The notes under the pieces were generated by a model, which was not told the origin of the DNA, searched no databases, and was given only the letters and a program-made list of their open reading frames with translations. A stretch of DNA of 64,000 bases, from NCBI GenBank assembly GCA_030524055.1, contig JAUNHH010000005.1, positions 8,334 through 72,333 of the forward strand, written 5' to 3'. How positions within the stretch are numbered: the stretch's first letter is position 1; every line of letters starts with the position of its first letter. Origin of the DNA: Actinomycetaceae bacterium. Lineage in GTDB: Bacteria; Actinomycetota; Actinomycetes; Actinomycetales; Actinomycetaceae. Shown one piece after another: positions 37,116-46,313 of the stretch. The translations under genes and the position numbers were made by a program.

Positions 37116-37721
37116 ATGCGTGAGAGTGCCCTGTGGCCGGCCCCGCAGTATCTAACTATGCGGCCTGCCCTGGGGCGGGACCATTTGCGCCTTGACGTAG
37201 TGCGGCGTATGCATAGTTCTTGGCTGGCGCCCTGGGAAGCAACAATGCCGCCGGGTTTTGAAGCAGAACTGCCCACAATGACGGAGTACATTCGCCGCTC
37301 CGACCGGCGCCAACGCGACCGCGAGCTTTTGGTGCTGATGCCTGAAGTTGATGGCCAACCAATTGGGTCTTTTACCGTGTCCAATGTGTCGTGGGGTGTG
37401 GCGCGGATGGGGTCGCTGGGATATTGGCTGGCCGGGGATGCGGCTGGGCTGGGACTGGGGGCGACCTGTGCGGCAATGACCTTGGATTTGGTGATTGGTG
37501 AGCTCGGCCTGCATCGCGTGGAGGTCTGTGTTCGGCCCGAGAATGAGCGTTCCTTGGGTTTGTGTCGCCGCCTTGGTCTCTATGAAGAGGGTTTGCGGCC
37601 GCGCTATCTGCATATTGCGGGGCAATGGGCTGATCATATTGCCTTTAGTGCGGATCTGGAGTCGATGCCCCGCGGGGGATGGGTGGCGCGTTTGCAGCGC
37701 CGTCGCGGGTACGATTCCTGA
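37116..37721 (+). CDS. rimJ: GNAT N-acetyltransferase (RimJ-like ribosomal-protein-alanine acetyltransferase)
   Basis: GNAT fold with the RimJ-like N-terminus WPAPQYLTMRP…; synteny galU-moeA-rimJ as in Rv0993-Rv0995; start at internal ATG 37116 (the track ORF starts at 36996 and overlaps moeA). Confidence 0.65.
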   Translation: MRESALWPAPQYLTMRPALGRDHLRLDVVRRMHSSWLAPWEATMPPGFEAELPTMTEYIRRSDRRQRDRELLVLMPEVDGQPIGSFTVSNVSWGVARMGSLGYWLAGDAAGLGLGATCAAMTLDLVIGELGLHRVEVCVRPENERSLGLCRRLGLYEEGLRPRYLHIAGQWADHIAFSADLESMPRGGWVARLQRRRGYDS

Positions 37722-38136
37722 CGTTTTGCTGATTGACGAGGCCGGGGCCCTGCCCTTGACACCAAACCTGCGCAGGGCGACAAAAATGGTCGATTTTCGG
37801 GGAAAATGTCGCCCTTTGCCCGTCTGGTGTAGCCCCCAGAACCGGCCTGTTGTTCTGACTGACACTGACGTCAGGTAGTATGGCCCACTCAATTGACCGG
37901 TCGGTCCAATTAGATAGCGGCCCCGCCCTCGTTGATGGCGCATGGTGGTCGCCTCACGGACTGCGTTCGCACCCAGGTTCACACCCCCAGTCGCACCCAT
38001 CCTGACGTGGGAATATTGTGGCTAGTGAGGCTCATGTGACAAAAGTGAACGATGGGGTGTGATTTCATTCTTTGCTTTCCTCAACACGCCCCAGCGGCAC
38101 CCCTGCGCGAGGCCCCAAGCCGCCTAGCGTGGAGCC

Positions 38137-39312
38137 GTGGAGTTCGGGGGACTAGTCATCGCAGCGGCAATCGCCATTGTCCTTGCGATAATTCCTCAGT
38201 TGGTTGCTCGTCGCACAGCAATCACAGAATCGAGGGAGATCGACCGCTTTTCGCCGCGGTTGAGGCTCCTGCACACCAAGACTTCCGACGAGGATGGCTC
38301 TTGTGAGACCACAAGTCCGGCGTTGCTCCCCGCAGCGCGCAGGATTCGACCGACGACAGGGGAAATGATGGTTCAACACCAGGCACGCGCGAGAGGGTCC
38401 GCGCGTGAGATCCACACGGCAAATACCGCCGTGCGTGCGATCGCCAAACTGCGTTCTGAACGCGCTGCCCGCCTGTCTCGTGAGGCCGCTGCCGGTCAAC
38501 GCCGAATGGTCCTGTCAGCCGTGTTCGCCGTCGTTACCATCGGACTCTCTCTTGCTGCTGGCCTTGGCGCTCTTGCCTGGCCGTGGATCATTCTTGGGGC
38601 TGTGCCTTTAGCTGGTGTTTTAGTGTGGTCGCGAGGTGCGGCGATTGCGTCTGAGCGTGCGAGCCACGCTGAAGTTGCCCGCCTGCGCGAACTTCGTAAG
38701 GCCGCCGGGCGCGCCACGGCGGGTCCGCGCACTGTTGAAGGCCGCCAGGATCCACGCACTCACACGATTATGCCGCAGCGTACTAGCGTGGCTGGGTCGT
38801 CGTCTTATGCGGGTGGCGTGGGTGGTGCCGCTGGCGTTGGCACTGCAGCGGGAGCTGCCACTGCTGCGCCCGCTATGCCTGCCTCCGCAGCTTCCACCGC
38901 GGGCCTGGGCCTGACTGAAGAGATCGCTCGCCTGGGAGCTCTTGCTCGCCGGGAAAACATGGCTGTTGCTGCGGGCGCTGAAGGCGTTCATGTCGAGACT
39001 GTTGCCGAGACCGTCGCCGCCTATCCACAGCCTGAAGCCGTTGCTGTTGAGCCGGTCCGCACGGAGTCAATGACGTGGTCGGTGACTCCGGTTCCTGCCC
39101 CCACCTATGCGCGTCGTGGGCGGGTTGCTGGCCGTCAGGTCCATGCGGACACTGACATTCGCGGGATTCCAAAGGTTGAGGCCCGCGTCCCAGCTCGTCC
39201 TGTTCGTGCCCAAGATCCCGCCACTGGTGCCCTGTCCACTCATGAGGTGGTTGCCGACCAGATGGTGGCCTTGGACTTGGAGGCGATTTTGGAGTCGCGT
39301 CGGGCCCAGTGA
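38137..39312 (+). CDS. Conserved membrane protein (Rv0996-like), Ala/Gly-rich
   Basis: Two TM segments, low-complexity Ala/Gly/Val stretches, syntenic position after rimJ; no enzymatic motifs. Confidence 0.5.
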   Translation: MEFGGLVIAAAIAIVLAIIPQLVARRTAITESREIDRFSPRLRLLHTKTSDEDGSCETTSPALLPAARRIRPTTGEMMVQHQARARGSAREIHTANTAVRAIAKLRSERAARLSREAAAGQRRMVLSAVFAVVTIGLSLAAGLGALAWPWIILGAVPLAGVLVWSRGAAIASERASHAEVARLRELRKAAGRATAGPRTVEGRQDPRTHTIMPQRTSVAGSSSYAGGVGGAAGVGTAAGAATAAPAMPASAASTAGLGLTEEIARLGALARRENMAVAAGAEGVHVETVAETVAAYPQPEAVAVEPVRTESMTWSVTPVPAPTYARRGRVAGRQVHADTDIRGIPKVEARVPARPVRAQDPATGALSTHEVVADQMVALDLEAILESRRAQ

Positions 39313-39326
39313 GGTTGATAAACGTA

Positions 39327-39374
39327 AAGCCCCGCCCTCGTTCCTTTTTATGGACGAGGGCGGGGCTTTTTCTT
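39327..39374. terminator. Bidirectional terminator AAAGCCCCGCCCTCGT-loop-ACGAGGGCGGGGCTTT followed by a T-tract
   Basis: Perfect 16-bp inverted repeat between the convergent genes at 38137-39312 (+) and 39403-42132 (-). Confidence 0.7.
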
Positions 39375-39402
39375 GGAAGAAACCTCCTACTGTGTGGCTG
39401 GG

Positions 39403-42132
39403 TTAGGGGGCGGCTGGGCTCAGAGTGAGCGTGCCAGTGGCGTGTTCTTCAACGGCACTGGGGGAATGTGGCCAGACATAAAACTCGCCCTTAGCCCAGG
39501 TTTCGTTTTGGTCCTCATAATGTGGTGACAATGGGTGTCCAGAATTTCCTGTAGGACTGATCCAGAGGGCTGTATTGGAATTCGACATATCCACGACCAT
39601 TCGCATTGAACCGCCGGATATTACCTCGTATTTCACCGTGCCATTCTCCGAAACAAAAGGCATCCACGCATTGGCATTGGGGATATCATCGCCACCACCA
39701 ACTTCTCGAGCAGTGCCATTAAAATAGTCCCGAATAAATGAGGGAACTCCTTCAGTGCCAAAAATCTGATGTTCAGGAGTCTCCTTATGAATACTTCCCC
39801 AACGCCACTGCTGAATATTCTCACCCATCTGCGCTGTCAAATCTTTATCAGCGCTGGTAAATGCTTGGCGAAGAATATCGTCAACACTTTCCTTTTCGGG
39901 GGTGCGGGTGTCATCCCATAAAGGATGATCGGGCTGGGCGAGCAGGTTCTTAATTTGAGGGGTCGCGAGGGCGAATTGCCCTAATTCGTCGCCAGCGATT
40001 TCATTGGAAAGGTGTGAATGGAGGGCTGCCATAATTGCCGCCCCGGCCTCATCAACCGCGAAATGACTGCCTTTTTCTCGCCACTGGCGCAAGAGATTCT
40101 GCATTTCAAGAGCGCGCGGATCAGAAAGGGAAATGCTAGTAAGCGTGTCCCCAACTTCCTGAGAATGTGGCGAGACATCAAGCATCATGACTTGCCCAGC
40201 CTGCTCTGGCGTTACCTTTCCTGCTGCTGCCAGGCGCTGAAGTTCATCACGCATTTGCTGTGAGCGATAACCGGCAAACCCTATATTGGCACCTAAGTAT
40301 GGGCCAACATCAGTGAAGGTTATTGTCTGATTTGCAGGGGTAATCAAGCCGCTGGGGGGATTAAGCGTGGCAGGTAAATCCTCATGAGCGTAATAGCCTT
40401 TCCAGTCATAACTAGAATCCCAGCCAGGGCGCGGCCAGCGCCCATCTGCCCCAAAATTATCTGCTGCAGGCACCTGATCATCATGACCATCGCTGGGTGC
40501 CTTTATTGGGCGAATGGGGAAAAGGCCAGTGGTTTTATAGCCAATATCGCCAGAGTCGGTGGCATAAAGCAGATTCATACTCGGAGTAGTGAAGTCGCTG
40601 GCCGCTGTGACAAGCTCTTCGCTATTTCGTGCCCGATTGAAATTGAAATGTGCCTGGGCGGTGCGAGAAGGGGTGAGAACACTCCATTGCATGGCGACAG
40701 AGAAGTCCTTAGGAGCGCCTGGGAATTTCGCAAAGTCCTCCTTCGGAGCTAGGGAATCAGGAAGAATAGGGCCGTGGATTGATTCGCGAATATCAATCTC
40801 GCGAGTTTTTCCGCCAGCAATGGTAATAGTCTCTTTTCGCGTGTGATACGGCAGTGTCTTCCCGTCGTATTCATAAGAATCGGTGCCGATGTTTTTCTCG
40901 ATGACCGCATCGGCTATATCTGTAACTGCTCCGGTAGATGTAAAACCCCACGATAAATGGCTATTGCGCCCAATAATCACCCCTGGAATACCTGCCATTG
41001 CAAAACCAGAGACATCAAAAGTGCAGGCGTCATTGAGCTCCTGGCAGTGTAGACCGACCTGATTCCAAATAGAGGGTTGATTCAGCATTAGGTGTGGATC
41101 ATTGGCGAGAATTGGCTTCCCTGAGGCCGTATATTTCCCGGCAATCGCAAAAGAATTCGAGCCTAGACCTGGGATATAGCCTGAAGAACTTAGGGATAAG
41201 AGAGAATCCGCCAAAGGCGCTGGGCTGGAGGATGCTTTTGGATCATTGGGTGAAGCTGGACTGCTGCTTGGAACATTGCTGGGAATGGAGAATGCTGCAG
41301 GAGAGGTAGCAGATGCCCCGGTCCCTTCCCTGTCTGATGCGGCCCCACTTTGAGGCAGGGACGGGCTAGTTTCTGTAAGAGGGATTGGCGGAGCCTCGGG
41401 ATAATCCGAGCGGGGGGAAAGATTCGAGCCTGCCTGCTCAGTAATATTTGGCAGACGCGCTGATTGATCATCTGTGGGGTATAGAGTTTCAACAGCCTCT
41501 ACTGACCCCAGCAACGATAACTGTTTCATGCGATATGCTTCGACCAAGTAGCCGCCGCCAAGACCTGCCGCCAATTGCTTCCACCAGACTAGCGAGTCCA
41601 CTCCATCCCATGGGCGGATCTCCCCAACGGGAACCGACGTTGATAACACTGCATATTCATTAGCTACTTGCCATGGCGCTTTCCCTTCCAGATAGGAATT
41701 GACTCCTGCGGCATAGGATTCATAAAAGGAACGTGCCTCATCGGAAAGGAGGTCCCATTCTTTTTCTGCAACTGCCCGGACTCCTAATGTGCGGTTCTGA
41801 ATGTCCATTTCTACGGCAGATTCACCGACCAATTCAGCGAGCTGTCCTGAGGGCATACGTCGTTGAAGATCCATTTGGAAAAAGCGCTCTTGAGCGGTGA
41901 GAAAACCCTGCGCATAAAACAAGTCTTGGTCGCTGGATGCGTAGATATGGGGAATACCTTGAGCATCCCGTTTGACGGTGACCTCGCCTTTTAGGCCGGA
42001 AAGGGAAATCTGGCCGGTTAAAGCGGGAAGGGGAGCGCGAGTAATGGCAACAAGCGCTATCCCTAAAACTAGGACAATCGCCAAGAGGGTAGCGCCTATC
42101 CATAGGCTTATTCTTCTGATTCGTCGCGCCAC
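39403..42132 (-). CDS. Penicillin amidase/acylase-family (Ntn-hydrolase, S45) protein with Ser/Pro-rich insert
   Basis: N-terminal signal/TM, then …DAQGIPHIYASSDQDLFYAQGFLTAQERFFQMDLQRR… (S45 family signature region) and an Ntn processing region; internal low-complexity S/P/A stretch (~41200-41400). Confidence 0.8.
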   Translation of the reverse strand: MARRIRRISLWIGATLLAIVLVLGIALVAITRAPLPALTGQISLSGLKGEVTVKRDAQGIPHIYASSDQDLFYAQGFLTAQERFFQMDLQRRMPSGQLAELVGESAVEMDIQNRTLGVRAVAEKEWDLLSDEARSFYESYAAGVNSYLEGKAPWQVANEYAVLSTSVPVGEIRPWDGVDSLVWWKQLAAGLGGGYLVEAYRMKQLSLLGSVEAVETLYPTDDQSARLPNITEQAGSNLSPRSDYPEAPPIPLTETSPSLPQSGAASDREGTGASATSPAAFSIPSNVPSSSPASPNDPKASSSPAPLADSLLSLSSSGYIPGLGSNSFAIAGKYTASGKPILANDPHLMLNQPSIWNQVGLHCQELNDACTFDVSGFAMAGIPGVIIGRNSHLSWGFTSTGAVTDIADAVIEKNIGTDSYEYDGKTLPYHTRKETITIAGGKTREIDIRESIHGPILPDSLAPKEDFAKFPGAPKDFSVAMQWSVLTPSRTAQAHFNFNRARNSEELVTAASDFTTPSMNLLYATDSGDIGYKTTGLFPIRPIKAPSDGHDDQVPAADNFGADGRWPRPGWDSSYDWKGYYAHEDLPATLNPPSGLITPANQTITFTDVGPYLGANIGFAGYRSQQMRDELQRLAAAGKVTPEQAGQVMMLDVSPHSQEVGDTLTSISLSDPRALEMQNLLRQWREKGSHFAVDEAGAAIMAALHSHLSNEIAGDELGQFALATPQIKNLLAQPDHPLWDDTRTPEKESVDDILRQAFTSADKDLTAQMGENIQQWRWGSIHKETPEHQIFGTEGVPSFIRDYFNGTAREVGGGDDIPNANAWMPFVSENGTVKYEVISGGSMRMVVDMSNSNTALWISPTGNSGHPLSPHYEDQNETWAKGEFYVWPHSPSAVEEHATGTLTLSPAAP

Positions 42133-42535
42133 AATAGCTCCTTAGGGTTGGGGGACAGAAAGTAGTGGCCCGCCCCGATGTGGCAGATAACGGGGCAGTC
42201 CACTTTTTGACCCTAAAGACAGCGCTATTAATGCACATCATCCACTAGAACTCTTCTGTACTAGCCATATGGTGTGGCAATATCCACCACCTGGCTGATG
42301 CGCACTAGGGGTATGCCTATTACGGTGGAGAAGGTGAATGGTCAACGGGTGGGTGCAAATGCGGCGGCATTTATGCTGCCCACCTGGTGGGGGATCTGCG
42401 TAAAGAGAATGAAAAAGCAGCTCGGCTTGGTAATTTGCCGCACAGAATTGACCTCCTCGCGCCCCGCCCTCGTTCATCGCTATTCCCTCATCTGCCCTCA
42501 GTCAACACCCATACTCGCCCCCAACTCTTCGCCCT

Positions 42536-43750
42536 ATGCCTGCCGTTAGACCACAACACCTGGCACACAAACGCCCAATTCTCCATGGTGGCGATTCTGG
42601 TCGAGACAAGAGTTCGACTGTGCTCTTTATTATTTGGCTGGGATCATTGTTATGTACCGTGATCGTTGTGCCGCTGAATTTTATTAATTCTATTCCTCCT
42701 GTGGCGGCAGTAATGAAAATGCCATTTACCTGGGAATGGTTTAGTCTGGTGCTTAGTACTGTTTCCCCCTTTATTTCCCATATCTTCACCTTTTTTGCGA
42801 TCCAAAGAAAAGGGATTGTCCTTCCAATTCTTGGCCTCATCACCGGGCTATTTTCTTTTACCTTCATCTCCTATGCTGCCGCCCTGTCTTGCTATTTAAT
42901 TGGGCGCAGGGCTGCTCTTAAAGGAATCGCCATTACGGTGATAGTTGCTACTCTTTCTATGATTGTCTCTATTCCGTTAATGGTTCCTCTCGCGCCTCGG
43001 GACCTTTTCGACATAGTTGTCAATATTATTGTCCTCGATATTGTGGGTATTGCTGTCACCCTCATCGGCGTCCTCATGCGCACTCAGGACGCCCTCGAAA
43101 CCTCGCGCGTTGCCGCCGCAAAAATCGAAGAACGCGCCCGTATTTCCCGCGAAATTCACGACTCGCTGGCGCACCGCCTGTCACTGGTATCCCTCCACGC
43201 TACCGCCCTGTCCTCGCGCCGCGACCTCGACCCAGAACTTATGCGCGAAAGCACCCAAACCATCCAAACCCTCGCTGCCGAAGCAGGCCGAGAACTCCGC
43301 CAGATCCTGCGCGTTCTCCACGGGGATGGCACGCCCGACCAAGCGGGGGCTCGCCGCGAAGCCATTGCGGTGGCGATCCGCCGCGAACGCGACGCTGGCC
43401 AAAAGATCCGCTTCCACTGTGAAAGCGGATGGGACCGCGCCTTTGAATCCGCTGATATGGCCAGCCGGCACGCAGTTGTGCGGGTCGTCGAAGAGGCACT
43501 CACTAATGCGCGACGGCACGGATCAGGGCGGACTGTTGACCTCTCCTTAACGTCAACGCGCCGCGCCCTCGTTGTGGAATGTAGTAATCCGACGCACCGT
43601 CGCAGCAGCTCACATACGGGCGGTACTGGGCTGGGCCTCGCTGGCCTGCGCGAACGTGTCCGTCTGCTTGGCGGGGATTTGCAAGCAGGCGCCCGCGACG
43701 GCATCTTTACATTAGAAGCATCGATTCCTCGGCGAGAAGGACGCGCATGA
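42536..43750 (+). CDS. Two-component sensor histidine kinase (HisKA_3 / NarL-partner type)
   Basis: N-terminal TM domain, H-box EERARISREIHDSLAHRLSLVSL, HATPase_c G-boxes (GTGLGLAGLRERV). Start within 42536-42700 uncertain. Confidence 0.8.
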   Translation: MPAVRPQHLAHKRPILHGGDSGRDKSSTVLFIIWLGSLLCTVIVVPLNFINSIPPVAAVMKMPFTWEWFSLVLSTVSPFISHIFTFFAIQRKGIVLPILGLITGLFSFTFISYAAALSCYLIGRRAALKGIAITVIVATLSMIVSIPLMVPLAPRDLFDIVVNIIVLDIVGIAVTLIGVLMRTQDALETSRVAAAKIEERARISREIHDSLAHRLSLVSLHATALSSRRDLDPELMRESTQTIQTLAAEAGRELRQILRVLHGDGTPDQAGARREAIAVAIRRERDAGQKIRFHCESGWDRAFESADMASRHAVVRVVEEALTNARRHGSGRTVDLSLTSTRRALVVECSNPTHRRSSSHTGGTGLGLAGLRERVRLLGGDLQAGARDGIFTLEASIPRREGRA

Positions 43751-44406
43751 CAGACAGCAAGATCCGCCTGGTCATTGTTGATGATGAGCCGCTGGTGCGT
43801 ACTGCGCTGACCATGATCCTCCAGGGTGATCCTGCATTTGAGATTGTGGGTCAGGGGGCTGACGGGCAGGCCGGGGTGGATGCTGTGCGTGCGCTGCGTC
43901 CGGATGTGGTGTTGATGGATCTGCATATGCCTGGGCGGGACGGGGTGTGGGCGTGCGGGCAGATTAAGCGTCAATTTCCGCAGGTGTCCGTGCTGGTGTT
44001 GACGGCTTTTGATACGGATCAAATGCTGTCGGGGGCGCTTGGCGCTGGGGCGGCGGGCTTTTTACTGAAGGATTCGTCCGCGGAACAGATTATTGCGGCC
44101 GTCCATAATGTGGCCGGTGGGCAGCGCAGTTTTTCGCCGGCCATTGTGGAGCAAATGGTGGCGAATCAGGTGGCCATGGGGGCAGGGAATATGGCGCCAC
44201 CGCAACTGACCGCACGCGAATATGAGGTGGCTATTCTTGTCGCCGAGGGTTTAGTGAATAACGAGATTGCCGACGAATTAGGGATTTCCCTGGCCACAGT
44301 GAAAACTCATGTCGCCCATTTGCTGGATAAATTCGGAGTCCGTAATCGCATCCAATTGGCCGTTGAAGTCCATAGCGCTTTCCCCGATTTACGAGGGCGG
44401 GGCTAG
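43747..44406 (+). CDS. Response regulator, NarL/LuxR family
   Basis: ATGA overlap with the kinase gene; receiver domain (IRLVIVDDEPLVR…DLHMPGRDG) plus LuxR HTH (LTAREYEVAILVAEGLVNNEIADELGISLATVKTHV). Confidence 0.9.
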   Translation: MTDSKIRLVIVDDEPLVRTALTMILQGDPAFEIVGQGADGQAGVDAVRALRPDVVLMDLHMPGRDGVWACGQIKRQFPQVSVLVLTAFDTDQMLSGALGAGAAGFLLKDSSAEQIIAAVHNVAGGQRSFSPAIVEQMVANQVAMGAGNMAPPQLTAREYEVAILVAEGLVNNEIADELGISLATVKTHVAHLLDKFGVRNRIQLAVEVHSAFPDLRGRG

Positions 44407-44794
44407 GCGTTTGATGTGGGGCGTTCTTTTTGGAGCGGCGTGAGGCGCGGGCTGGTAGTGGCCCTGGCTTTTCTTGTGGGCACCTGGTGTGCTTGGCGTC
44501 GCGCTGCGTGCTCAGGGCATAGTTCTTGGCTCAAGGCAGCGTTAATTCGCCATTTAACGATGCCTTGAGCGACAAACTCTGCCTCGAGGAAAAGCGCGGC
44601 CTTGAGCAGGATCGAGTGAGAGCGCCTCCCTCAGCCAGGGGGAAAGTTCGGCGTGGAGAAAGCGTTCAGGTTAAGGCTGGTGCGCCCCGCCCTCGTCAAT
44701 ACAAACGAAGGTGCCCGCAACGTATCGTGACGCACTTGTCCCCCACAGATTTCGCACGAGGGCGGACCGCGGTGCTAAGCTGAGGACACACTCT

Positions 44795-44867
44795 GGGGCT
44801 ATGGCGCAGTTGGTAGCGCGTCTCGTTCGCAATGAGAAGGTCAGGGGTTCGAATCCCCTTAGCTCCA
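44795..44867 (+). tRNA. tRNA-Ala (anticodon CGC)
   Basis: Manual fold: acceptor GGGGCTA/TAGCTCC with the G3·U70 Ala identity pair, D-arm GCGC-AGTTGGTA-GCGC, anticodon arm TCTCG-TTCGCAA-TGAGA (U33, CGC, A37), T-arm AGGGG-TTCGAAT-CCCCT, discriminator A. Confidence 0.85.
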
Positions 44868-44892
44868 CGTAAGATGAGAAGATCGAAACTTG

Positions 44893-44921
44893 CCCCGCCT
44901 GATGGCGGGGCAGTTTTGTTT
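44893..44921 (+). terminator. Rho-independent terminator downstream of tRNA-Ala
   Basis: GCCCCGCC-tgat-GGCGGGGC followed by AGTTTTGTTT. Confidence 0.6.
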
Positions 44922-45016
44922 CTGGGGTGACGTGGGCCGGGGCATCGATACTGGTGTGGGCGAGGACGCTGGCTGTGGTCTCGTCGGGTGTGTAGGTGGC
45001 GTTCTCTTCGTCGTCG

Positions 45017-45793
45017 ATGGTGATGCGGGTGAACAGGGCGTTGGTCGGCGTGAGCGTGAGGACGCTCCACCACTGGGATGACATTGGCTTGGTTGTTCCG
45101 CGACATCGGTCACGCTCTGGCTACCGTGCGTACGACGGCGATGACATCGGCCGGATTCACCGTGTGCTCATCTACCGAGAACTCGGATTCAGTCTCGCAA
45201 GCATTCAAGAAATCCTCGATGATCCCACCCTCGACGAGGAACAGCAACTCCGTCAGCAGAGACGGATCATCGGCGACCGGATCGGTCGGCTCTCCGAAAT
45301 GGCGGCAGGTATCGACCGGCTCCTAGCCGCGCGGGAAACAGGTACACGACTCTCGATGCAGGAGCAGGCGGAGATCTTCGGACAGGACTGGCGGCCGGAG
45401 TGGGCGGAGGAAGCATACGAGCGGTGGGGAGACTCGCGTGAATGGACGCAGTTCGAGCAGAACGTTGCGCATCTTTCCGCGGACGAACGCGCCAGGATTC
45501 ATGACCAGGGTGAAGCCATCCAGCGTGAGCTGGTCGAAGCGAAGCGGGCCGGCATCGCGCCGGGAACTGTCGAAGCCAACCGACTTGCCGAAGCTCACCG
45601 AGGTGCGATCAATCAGTTGTTCGCCTGCTCGCACTCGATGCACGCGGTCTTGGGACGCATGTATGTCGAGGACGAACGATTCACTGCGAACATCGACCGG
45701 TGGGAACCCGGTATGAGCGTGTGGTTGCGAGACGTGATCTTCGCCAACGCAGAGGCTCACGACGTTGACCCGACGCAAGCCGCATGGGAATGA
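45017..45793 (+). CDS. tipA: MerR-family regulator of the TipAL type (N-terminal MerR HTH + C-terminal TipAS antibiotic-recognition domain)
   Basis: …VRTLHHWDDIGLVVP… (MerR HTH) and a C-terminal segment closely matching TipAS from Streptomyces TipA as I recall it (GRMYVEDERFTANID vs GEMYVSDERFTRNID). Start set at internal ATG 45017; the track ORF begins at 44996. Confidence 0.75.
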   Translation: MVMRVNRALVGVSVRTLHHWDDIGLVVPRHRSRSGYRAYDGDDIGRIHRVLIYRELGFSLASIQEILDDPTLDEEQQLRQQRRIIGDRIGRLSEMAAGIDRLLAARETGTRLSMQEQAEIFGQDWRPEWAEEAYERWGDSREWTQFEQNVAHLSADERARIHDQGEAIQRELVEAKRAGIAPGTVEANRLAEAHRGAINQLFACSHSMHAVLGRMYVEDERFTANIDRWEPGMSVWLRDVIFANAEAHDVDPTQAAWE

Positions 45794-45816
45794 AGCCAGA
45801 GGAACGGCGAGGCACG

Positions 45817-46305
45817 TCACGCACGTGATGGGTGCCGAGCGTGCCTGGTGCACCTTCGCCTGCTGACGGCGTTCGTCGCGTCGGCGAAAGGACGGCGACA
45901 TCCCGGATGATCGCATACCTTCACCCTTGACCATCCGTCGAGCGCGAGCAGCAGCATGAACGCGTGGCGCGCTGCTATCGGATCGTCTACGTCTCCGTGC
46001 CGGACTCTGCTCCAAACCTCCGCAACGCACTCCTCGTCGCGAGCAATCTCGAACCAAAGCAACTGGGAAGCGTAAGCCTGCCCAGCCTGTTCGGCCGCGT
46101 TGAGGTAGGGCGTGAGCGCTTCGGGTTGATGCTCAATCGCTCGCCCGACGAGCCCGGCCAGCCGTGCCACTAGAGCCACCGGCACGCGCAACTCGCGGGC
46201 CGCGTGTCCAGCAGGGCGATGGTCCGCAGGCAACTGATCCATGTCGGCAACGCTAGGGTCTTCCCTCGCGTGAGGGTCTAGCACTTGACTCTCACGTCGC
46301 GTCAT
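45817..46305 (-). CDS. Hypothetical protein, possible ABATE/CGNR zinc-finger domain
   Basis: C-terminal Cys cluster (CDHPGCRRPFADATNAVSRRRCTRHA) reminiscent of CGNR fingers. Weak; the ORF lies in a very GC-rich region where spurious ORFs are common. Confidence 0.3.
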   Translation of the reverse strand: MTRRESQVLDPHAREDPSVADMDQLPADHRPAGHAARELRVPVALVARLAGLVGRAIEHQPEALTPYLNAAEQAGQAYASQLLWFEIARDEECVAEVWSRVRHGDVDDPIAARHAFMLLLALDGWSRVKVCDHPGCRRPFADATNAVSRRRCTRHARHPSRA

Positions 46306-46313
46306 GCCGAACC

